From: an uncultured Acidobacteriota bacterium
GTDB lineage: Bacteria; Acidobacteriota; Vicinamibacteria; Vicinamibacterales; CAVVIG01
Length of the DNA stretch: 64,000 nt
Reading direction: 5' to 3'
NCBI GenBank assembly: GCA_963761615.1
Contig: CAVXGU010000004.1
Coordinates: 223,537 to 287,536 of the forward strand
The translations under genes were made by a program, and so were the position numbers. The notes beneath the pieces are model-generated. The model searched no databases, had not been told where the DNA came from, and saw only the letters and a list, made by a program, of their open reading frames with translations. Below are positions 48,792 to 56,175 of this stretch, one piece after another. Each line of letters begins with the position of its first letter. The first letter of the stretch is position 1.

Positions 48792-49973
48792 TCATGGACG
48801 CCGTCGAGCGTCGGCCTCTCTCCGGATCGATTGCCGGTATCGCCGGTACCGCCACCATGCCTGCCGCAGTGCATGCGCCCGCCTGGCCCGGCCGGCGGCC
48901 GCGGCCCAGGTGGCCGGCCGGCTCGCGCGCCACCAGAGAGCCGTTGCGACGTACCGCAGGCGGCTCGACGACCTGTCGAGGAGCAGCAGCGTGGTGCCAG
49001 CTTTCGTCAGGAAGTCGAGATCGAACAGCCCTTCCGTCGAGCTGAAGAGACGGTGTCTCGCGAGGGCCTCGACCCGCCGAGCGCCGGCGTCGCGCGGCCC
49101 GCGCTCCAGGAAGAAGGGAGGGACCGGCACGTCCAGGGCACGCGTGAGCGCGCCGAGCGGCGCCCAGAACGCCCGAGGCGCCCCCATGGCAGCGCTCCAC
49201 GGCAGCAGACGCGACCAGTCGAAGGCTGGTTCGCCTCGGAGAACGGCGAGCAGATCCCACGCCGTCTTCAGTCCGAAGGAGAAGAACGACGCGGAGGCAT
49301 GCACCATCGAGTGAAAGAGCAACGCCTGCGGTCCGGGCACCCCGAAGTCATCCGACGTGGCGACGGGACGTACGTCCTCGAGCAGACTGGCCTCCGGCAG
49401 ACCCCAGAACGCCGGCATCATCCGCGTGTGGATCTCGATGGCGGCGCCGTGGAACGCGATCGGCTCCAGATGGTGCGGCGCGCTGGGGCCCGCGTTCTCC
49501 GGTCCCTCGAATCCGCGCGCGAGGAGTCGGCTCCGCAGGACCGGCGCCAGATCGGGCTCGACGAGAACGTCGACATCCGACGTCGCCCGCGCAACGGCGC
49601 GTGCGGGCGCGCGCATGAGGAACGCGGAACCCTTGAGCAGCACGCCGCGTCCCCCGAGCTCCCGCAGGGCCGAGCCGACCTGCGCAATCGCGTCTCTCTG
49701 CGCGCGTTCGCGCACGAGATCGAACATCGCTCGTCGCGACAGGGTGTCGAGAAACGTCTCCGGAACGGACCGCCTCAGCACCGGCGCATTGAGGATGCCG
49801 GCAAGCGGCCGCGCCAGACCGCTTCCGCACAGACACTCGCCGAGGCGCTCCCAGTCCTGCCCGGCGCGGTCGAACGCAATCGCGGCCTGGGAATCGATCT
49901 CGAGATCCGGGTCGGATGCGAGGCGAACGAACCACCGGCACGCCGCGATCCAGGCGGCGTCCTCCGCGTTCAC
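48792..49973 (-). CDS. uncharacterised nucleotidyltransferase family protein (PF14907-like)
   Basis: 393 aa. VLLKGSAF...SDVDVLVEPD pattern of the nucleotidyltransferase fold. ATGA overlap with the upstream GT2 gene. Confidence 0.7.
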   Translation of the reverse strand: MNAEDAAWIAACRWFVRLASDPDLEIDSQAAIAFDRAGQDWERLGECLCGSGLARPLAGILNAPVLRRSVPETFLDTLSRRAMFDLVRERAQRDAIAQVGSALRELGGRGVLLKGSAFLMRAPARAVARATSDVDVLVEPDLAPVLRSRLLARGFEGPENAGPSAPHHLEPIAFHGAAIEIHTRMMPAFWGLPEASLLEDVRPVATSDDFGVPGPQALLFHSMVHASASFFSFGLKTAWDLLAVLRGEPAFDWSRLLPWSAAMGAPRAFWAPLGALTRALDVPVPPFFLERGPRDAGARRVEALARHRLFSSTEGLFDLDFLTKAGTTLLLLDRSSSRLRYVATALWWRASRPATWAAAAGRARRAHALRQAWWRYRRYRQSIRREADARRRP

Positions 49974-51109
49974 GACCGCGCCTGCGAGAGGTCGTCGGCC
50001 TCTGCGTCCGCCGCGGCGGGCCGGCCCGCCCGCGCCAGCGCGAGACGTTGCTTGACGACGTGAGCCGGGTTTCCCGGGTCGAGCGCGCAGGCCCGTGCGT
50101 AGTAGCGGGCGCTCTCGTCGTAGCGCCGCAGTTTGAACAGGCAGAGCGCGACGGCTTCGCTGGCGGCGGCGCCGAAAATCCGGACGTCGTAGGCGACCCC
50201 GTCGTCCGAGCAGTACGTCTCGGCGTCCGTGTTCGCGAGATCTTCGAGAACGGCGAGCGCCTCGGCGTATCGTCCGGCGTCGAGCAACCGCCGCCCCTGG
50301 AGCCAGCGGAAGAGACAGTCGTCTGGAAACCGCTCCAGCGCCTCGTCGAGGAGCGCGGGGTCAGCGGGGTTCGATCCGACCAGCAGCGACCCGTAGGGCA
50401 GGGCGTCGAGCGGACTCCGCACCCGGGCGGCCCGCACGATGTCGGTCGCCCGCCGCCACGCCGCCGTCGCGCCCGCGTGGTCCCCCAGGCCTTCGAGCAC
50501 CTGTCCGAGGTGATTCCACGAATAGACGTGGCCTGGATCCTGCAACAGCCGCGCCCGGAGCAGGGGGGCGTTCCGCGCGTGCTTGCGTGCCTGATCCCCG
50601 TCGTACCCGTAGTGGTCGAGTGCGAGGTCGGACGCGCCGATGCGCGTTCCGTCCTCGCGCATCACGGCGTGGATGTCGGGGAGCATCGTTTCGTGGATGA
50701 CGTTTCGGAAGCGGATGCGCGCGTCGTTCCGGAACAGGCGGCACTCGCGGTACTGGGTGAAGCCGGTTCGACACCGGAACTTCACGGTCGCAGCGACGAG
50801 GGCGGAGTCGTCCAGCGTCGCCGCCAGCGCGTCCCGGCTCAGAGGCCGCGCGCGCTCGTCGGCATCGATGTAGAGAATCCAGTCGCCGCGTGCGTACGAC
50901 AGGGCGGCGTTTCTGGCGGCAGAGAAATCGCCGTGCCAGGCCTCGTGAACGACGCGCGCTCCGAACCGGGCGGCGATCTGCGGGCTCTCGTCCGTTGACC
51001 CTGTGTCGACGACGACGATCTCGTCGACGAGTCCGTCGAGCGAGGCGAGGCAAGAAGGCAGCGTCGACGCCTCGTCGCGGACGATGAGGGTCGCGGACAA
51101 AGCCGCCAA
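49970..51109 (-). CDS. GT2 glycosyltransferase with a TPR-like C-terminal domain
   Basis: 379 aa. LSATLIVRDEASTLPSCLASL...EIVVVDTGSTD, DxD (YIDADE), and a helical-repeat C-terminus. TTG start inferred. Confidence 0.85.
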   Translation of the reverse strand: MAALSATLIVRDEASTLPSCLASLDGLVDEIVVVDTGSTDESPQIAARFGARVVHEAWHGDFSAARNAALSYARGDWILYIDADERARPLSRDALAATLDDSALVAATVKFRCRTGFTQYRECRLFRNDARIRFRNVIHETMLPDIHAVMREDGTRIGASDLALDHYGYDGDQARKHARNAPLLRARLLQDPGHVYSWNHLGQVLEGLGDHAGATAAWRRATDIVRAARVRSPLDALPYGSLLVGSNPADPALLDEALERFPDDCLFRWLQGRRLLDAGRYAEALAVLEDLANTDAETYCSDDGVAYDVRIFGAAASEAVALCLFKLRRYDESARYYARACALDPGNPAHVVKQRLALARAGRPAAADAEADDLSQARS

Positions 51110-51121
51110 CGACGTGGGGGG

Positions 51122-51322
51122 CTAGCCCGGGGAAGAAGGGAGTGTGATGTTGGACGCGGCCTGTGCGTGCACGTTGTACGCGGACACGCCCTTCATCGAG
51201 AAGGACATGACCAGCGGAGCCCCGAACGCCGTTCCGGCGACGAGCGCCTTCAGGAACGCGCGCTTGTTCGGGTCGACATGTTCCAGGGCTTTGTCGAGAC
51301 CGTCCTTGTCACTGGTCGCCAT
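51122..51322 (-). CDS. 66-aa small protein, candidate substrate/precursor peptide of the cluster
   Basis: ATG at 51320..51322 is preceded by GGGGGAG at 6 nt. GC3 is high throughout. Sequence: MATSDKDGLDKALEHVDPNKRAFLKALVAGTAFGAPLVMSFSMKGVSAYNVHAQAASNITLPSSPG. It starts 14 nt inside the end of the kinase gene and ends 12 nt before the GT2 gene. Confidence 0.5.
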   Translation of the reverse strand: MATSDKDGLDKALEHVDPNKRAFLKALVAGTAFGAPLVMSFSMKGVSAYNVHAQAASNITLPSSPG

Positions 51323-52188
51323 GTTCGCTCCCCCGCTGAAGCCGATTGCCGAGGACACATTCACGCACACAAGCGACAGCGGAGTCAAGGTCCCCGACGG
51401 TGATTTCGTACGCGGTGGCATGCCCGACGAGGGTTCCGACGTCACGAGCCCAGGCCCCGTGGCCCGCGTCCGGCGGCGCCGACTGCGCCAGCACGCGCTG
51501 AAGGGTCAGGGGTGTTGGGCACGGCTGGACGCGCGTCGGCCCGCGATGGTGCGGAATCAGGCAGAGGACCACGTCGACCGAACCGGGGGTGATTCGCCAC
51601 CGGAGGTCGAGCTCGGCAGGGTCGAATGCAAGCACGTGAAATCCCCCCGGCCAATCGGCCTCCGGTCCCTCCAACAGACGAGGCGCGAGCGCACCCACCT
51701 GCGGCACCAGTCGCAGCGTGCGGCGGCGGAATCCCGAATCGCCGGGGGTAGGCCACGGCCTCGCCGTCGCGCAGGAGGACCATCTCGTCGCCTTCGACGC
51801 CGCAGCCCTCGAAGAGCAGTCGCGTCATCAGCGTCGTCTTGCCCGCGCCCCGGTCGCCCACGACGAGGAACCGGCGGCCGTGCCACGTCCCGCAGCCCGC
51901 GTGAACCTTGGTGTAATCGGCGAGCGCATCGAGCGCGAGCTCGTGCAGCCGGCGGTTGACGAAGTCGACGGCCTGATCGACGTCGGGGAAGATCTCGGGC
52001 GCGCAGCCGTCTTCGCTCACCCGCCACCGGTCGCCGCCGCCGAGCGCGTGGAACGAGTGCCGGCGCGTCACCGGATGATCCTGTACCGCGCTCGGCATCA
52101 GCCGATCCAGACGCTCGACGAACGACGCGTCGTCCGTCGATACGAGGAACCCGCACGCCACGAGCTGGATCGAGCGCTCGAGTGTCAT
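51309..52188 (-). pseudogene. HPr-kinase-related protein (P-loop intact), apparent 1-nt frame disruption near 51728
   Basis: The N-terminal 153 aa (frame of 52188) contains GDRGAGKTTLMTRLL and ends ...AVAYPRRFGI. The continuation RRRTLRLVPQVGALAPRLLEG...VDVVLCLIPHH... is in the frame of ORF 51309..51707 and parallels the paralogue at 56176..57057. Confidence 0.75.
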
Positions 52189-52209
52189 CGGTTGGAGGCG
52201 CCTGGACCA

Positions 52210-52479
52210 TCAGAGCGGACGGATGAGACCCTCGTCGCGGAGTTTGGTGAGGCAGCTCTCGACTTCGTCGGTCGGTGCCGTGGTGAGGTCGTACGCGTTC
52301 TTCAGGGCGTCCACGATCGCGCCGGCGGCCAGGTGGCCGTCGCACATTTCGAACACCAGGACCGCGGTGCGATTGAGGTAGTGGACGCGGTCGGTCTCCT
52401 GTTGATAGACGATGTAACCGTCCGGCAGGTCGTTGACCTCGAGCCCGTCGGCTCTCTTCGGCACCCAGTTCCAGTCCAT
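52210..52479 (-). CDS. PqqD-family protein (RRE-like peptide chaperone)
   Basis: 89 aa. DGYIVYQQETDRVHYLNRTAVLVFEMCDG......IVDAL...YD......EVESCLTKLRDEGLI matches the PqqD pattern. ATG verified at 52477..52479. Confidence 0.8.
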   Translation of the reverse strand: MDWNWVPKRADGLEVNDLPDGYIVYQQETDRVHYLNRTAVLVFEMCDGHLAAGAIVDALKNAYDLTTAPTDEVESCLTKLRDEGLIRPL

Positions 52480-52513
52480 CGTGCGCTCCGGTCGCTGATT
52501 GTGGAATCGGTGG

Positions 52514-53824
52514 TCACACCAAGTCAACGGGGGGACCGGGCCGTTGCGGAGCTCCGCGCAGGTGTTCACGCACCAGGGCCGCCACCCGTCCGGCCACGAC
52601 GGAGGCGTCGTACGCCGAAGCCACCAGCGCAGCCGCCTCCCGCTGGATGCGCCGCGCGAGATCCGGCTCGCGCACGATCCGACAGCACGCGTCGGCGATC
52701 TCCGCGGGCCCCTCCGCCATCAGGAGATGCCGTCCCGCGACCACGTCGAGGCCTTCGGCGCCGAGAGACGTGGAAACCACCGGCACGCCACTGGCGAAGG
52801 CCTCGAGGATCTTGAGGCGTGTGCCGCCGCCCGCACGAAGGGGCACAACGGCGGCGTGGGCGCGCCGGTAGAACGGCGCCACGTCCTCGACGTCGGGGTG
52901 GACGGCGACGCCGTCGAGCCGGCCGAGCTCGAGCACGGTCGGGTCGGGCCGGGCGCCGATCAGGTCCACGTACGCGGCGGTGCCGAGACGCGCCCGAACG
53001 GCGGGAAGGATTTCTCGGCAGAGAGTGGTCGCCGCGTCGACGTTCGGGAAGTAGCCGAGCGAGCCGACGAAGACCAGGTGGACGCACCCGTCGGGTGTCC
53101 CCCCGAGGGCGCGGGCATCACGGGACACGCGAACGCCGTTCGGAACGACGTGCACCGACGGGTGACCCGAACGCGCCGCGACCGCCTCCCGGTCGCGCGC
53201 CGAACAGGTGAAGAGCGTATCGAACGACGACACCCACCTCGACTCGAGGATCCGGTACTTGTCGGCCTCCGCGGCCTCTGCGTCCGACGCGGCGATGTGC
53301 CCGAGCTCCGCGTGCCGCGCGGCGAGACGCCGCCGCGTCGAGACTTCGTCGTCGTCCAGATCGAGCAGGGCCAGGCGCGGAGAGGAGCAGGCCGCGACGA
53401 ACGGGGCGAGGTACAGCCGCATGACGAGCACGACGTCGAACGCCGGTCGGTCGGCGAACAGGTGCCGCGCCTCCTCGACATGGTCGCCGGCCGCCCGCGC
53501 GAGCGCCGGCAACAGGAACAGCTCTCGCAGAGTCCGAGAGTCTTCCCTGGGCGCGTCAGCGCCCGCCCGCGGATCGCCTCGGCCCGGTCTCGGCGGGAGG
53601 CACATCCGCTCGACGGTGCGGTCGACCAGGGCACGCGGCCACTGGTCCGGTGCCGGTCCGGACACCGGAACGACCATCAGCGTGACATCGCACTCCTGCG
53701 CCAGCGCCTCGAGGAGCACCGCGGAGCGCATGGCCAGCCCGTTGCCGGAATCGGCCGGTGTCGTGGGCGCAACGAAGAGGGCGCGGGGGCGTCGGCTCGA
53801 TCCCGCGGTCACGGCGTCGATCAT
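52514..53824 (-). CDS. GT-B glycosyltransferase (GT4-like)
   Basis: 436 aa. C-terminal half has GGTRLKILEAFASGVPVVST..GAEGL, the EX7E-region pattern. It abuts the upstream gene with no gap. Confidence 0.85.
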   Translation of the reverse strand: MIDAVTAGSSRRPRALFVAPTTPADSGNGLAMRSAVLLEALAQECDVTLMVVPVSGPAPDQWPRALVDRTVERMCLPPRPGRGDPRAGADAPREDSRTLRELFLLPALARAAGDHVEEARHLFADRPAFDVVLVMRLYLAPFVAACSSPRLALLDLDDDEVSTRRRLAARHAELGHIAASDAEAAEADKYRILESRWVSSFDTLFTCSARDREAVAARSGHPSVHVVPNGVRVSRDARALGGTPDGCVHLVFVGSLGYFPNVDAATTLCREILPAVRARLGTAAYVDLIGARPDPTVLELGRLDGVAVHPDVEDVAPFYRRAHAAVVPLRAGGGTRLKILEAFASGVPVVSTSLGAEGLDVVAGRHLLMAEGPAEIADACCRIVREPDLARRIQREAAALVASAYDASVVAGRVAALVREHLRGAPQRPGPPVDLV

Positions 53825-54586
53825 TCAGTCTTCCGCGTGACGGATCTCGAGATTGGGGAGACCCCAGCACTGATAGCCCATGTCATGGGCCATGATGCCG
53901 AGCCCTTCGGTATCCAGCTCTCCCACGACTTCGGTGACCCACGGGTTGGGATCGCGCACCAGGGGGCTGCGCCCGCCGTAGAGGTACGGCGGGAAGATCA
54001 GGCCGTCCCGGTGCGCGTCCGCGCGCACCAGCAGCATCGTGCCGCCGACCGCGTCCAGTCGTACGAGGTCGGGGCCTCCCCGCAGGTCCTCCATGTGGAC
54101 GCGGCCGTGGTCCCGCCACGCGTTCAGATCGAACGTCGGGCCGCCATACGTCCGCACACAGTGGGGATGGACGATGTCGCGCCCGACCGACAGCAGGCGC
54201 TCGATGATGCCTGGCGGGTACTCGACGACATCCGCGTCCAGCCAGAGCACCCAGTCCTCGTCGTCGAGGGCTCGCGAGAGCAGATGGTTCCGGCTCCTCG
54301 AGATCACCGCGCGGCGCGGAATCTGGATGATGGACGCCCAGCGCGGCAGGCCTCGCGGGATCTGAAAGCCGAAGTCGCGCTTCCAGAGGCGCGCCCGCCG
54401 GTACCGGCGCTGCAGGTCGGGCATTCGCGACTGCAGGGCGGCAAACGTGTCGTCCTGGCTGTCGCCCTCGAGAAAGCCGAGGGACAGACGGTCCGGCGGA
54501 TACGTCAGCCGCGCGAGCGAGTCGAAGTACGTGTCGAGACGCCTGGCGGCGTCCTTGATCACCGTGAGGACGACTACCGTATCCAT
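53825..54586 (-). CDS. GT-A glycosyltransferase resembling the fungal Mnn9/Anp1/Van1 (GT62) family
   Basis: 253 aa. VLTVIKDAARRLDTYFDSLARLTYPPDRLSLGFLEGDSQDDT...RR...SRSRNHLL...L.DEDWVLWLDADVVEYPPGII...DIV.P...FDLNAW parallels the Mnn9/Anp1 core as I recall it. No TM segment. Confidence 0.65.
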   Translation of the reverse strand: MDTVVVLTVIKDAARRLDTYFDSLARLTYPPDRLSLGFLEGDSQDDTFAALQSRMPDLQRRYRRARLWKRDFGFQIPRGLPRWASIIQIPRRAVISRSRNHLLSRALDDEDWVLWLDADVVEYPPGIIERLLSVGRDIVHPHCVRTYGGPTFDLNAWRDHGRVHMEDLRGGPDLVRLDAVGGTMLLVRADAHRDGLIFPPYLYGGRSPLVRDPNPWVTEVVGELDTEGLGIMAHDMGYQCWGLPNLEIRHAED

Positions 54587-54658
54587 GGAGAGGCCTCGAT
54601 CGTCGGCGGGCTATTGTAGCGGCGCGCGAGCCCGCCCTGTGCGAAGATCCCGCGCATC

Positions 54659-56167
54659 GTGACGCTGCCGTCGCTGACCCAGGCACTCGCCGATCGTCTT
54701 CGGTCGCCCCGGCCCTACCCCGCCGAGCGATACACGGGGCGGGGCGTCGTCACCTGCGCCGGGGGGAGCCGCTACTTCACGTGCGCCTGGGTGCTCATCT
54801 GGGTCCTGCGGCGCGTCCTGCACTCGAGTCTGCCGATTCAGGTCTGGCACGCCGGCCGGAGCGAAATGAGCGAGGGCATGCAGCTCATCCTGGAAGAGGA
54901 GGGCGTGGAAGTCGTCGACGCGGACATCGTCGTCGCCGATCGGCCCGGGCGCGTCTGTGGGGGGTGGCCGCTCAAGCCGTACGCCATCGCGCAAAGCCGG
55001 TTCCGCGAGGTGCTCTTTCTCGACGCCGACGCCGTCCCGCTGGCCGATCCGGAGGCGGCGTTCGAATGGGAGGCCTATCGCCGCGGCGGACTTCTGCTGT
55101 GGCCCGACGTCCTCGACATCACGAGGGAGAATCCCGTGTGGAGCGCGCTTGGCCTCGAGGCGGCCGACACGATCAGCGCGGAGTCGAGCGTTCTCGCGAT
55201 CGACAAGGCCAGGGCGTGGGACGTGCTCGACGTCGCCGTCCTGCTCAACGAACACTGGGAGGAGCTCTACGAGCTGATCTATGGCGACAAGGACTCGTAT
55301 CTCCTGGCGGGGCGCCTGCTCGGGCGCCCCGTCGCGCTCGTCGCGTCACGGCCATTTCAGCTCGGCGATGATCTCGTCCAGCGCGACGAGCGCGGCGAGC
55401 CCTTCGTCCACCACCGCACGGGGTCGAAGTGGAATCTCTCCGGCGCCAATCAGCCGGTTGCCGATCCCGAGATCGACGCGGCGTGTCAGGTGGCCCTCGC
55501 GGAGCTCCGGCGCCGGTGGACGGGCGCCGTGTTCCATGCTCCCGCCCGCTCGGCGACCGCACGGGCGGTGGAGCGCGAGCTGATCGACGCCAGACGCTTC
55601 CAGTACTCGGTCTCCGGTCAGGCCCGAACCCTGGAGCTGCTGTCGGGGGGGCGCATCGGCGAAGGCCGGGGCCCCTGCGAACAGCACTGGGCCGTCGTCG
55701 GCGATCGCGAGCCTGCGCTCCAGCTGTTCTCGGACGTCCGCCTCACCGTCGGGCTGAGGCCCGATCCCGACGGGACGTGGCGCGGCGGCTCGGTGTGCGG
55801 GGATCCGTTCGACGCCAGGCTCGTCGCGGCGAGCGCGCCGACGACGTGGCCGCCGGAGCCGCGCGCGCGGAGTGCCGCGGATCACGTCGCGCCGCTTCTG
55901 GATCCGAGCCTGTTCGCGACCGGCTTCGACCCGGCCCTCGCGAGCGAGATTCGCGGGACGCTCACGCTGCTGAACCGCGTGTTCGACGATGTGGCGGAGG
56001 CGGTGGCGGGCTGGCTGCAGGCGCACCCGCCTGCGGAGCCCTGGCGGCGCGAGGTCGAAGCCATGCTGCCGCCGCTCGTGGAGGCCCGGCGGACGCGGCT
56101 CGTGCGGACGGGCGGCAGCGCGGGATCCACCGCGCTGGACTCGGTGCGCTACCGGAGGAACTCCTAG
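54659..56167 (+). CDS. GT-A glycosyltransferase resembling the Mnn1/Mnt (GT71, Mannosyl_trans3) family, with a roughly 230-aa uncharacterised C-terminal extension
   Basis: GTG start. GVVTCAGGSRYFTCAWVLIWVLRRV..SSLPIQVWHAG..E...WPLKPYAI..S.F.EVLFLDADAVPL.DPE..F....Y...G.LLWPD parallels the Mnn1-family core as I recall it. No TM segment. Confidence 0.6.
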   Translation: MTLPSLTQALADRLRSPRPYPAERYTGRGVVTCAGGSRYFTCAWVLIWVLRRVLHSSLPIQVWHAGRSEMSEGMQLILEEEGVEVVDADIVVADRPGRVCGGWPLKPYAIAQSRFREVLFLDADAVPLADPEAAFEWEAYRRGGLLLWPDVLDITRENPVWSALGLEAADTISAESSVLAIDKARAWDVLDVAVLLNEHWEELYELIYGDKDSYLLAGRLLGRPVALVASRPFQLGDDLVQRDERGEPFVHHRTGSKWNLSGANQPVADPEIDAACQVALAELRRRWTGAVFHAPARSATARAVERELIDARRFQYSVSGQARTLELLSGGRIGEGRGPCEQHWAVVGDREPALQLFSDVRLTVGLRPDPDGTWRGGSVCGDPFDARLVAASAPTTWPPEPRARSAADHVAPLLDPSLFATGFDPALASEIRGTLTLLNRVFDDVAEAVAGWLQAHPPAEPWRREVEAMLPPLVEARRTRLVRTGGSAGSTALDSVRYRRNS

Positions 56168-56175
56168 CAGGGCAG

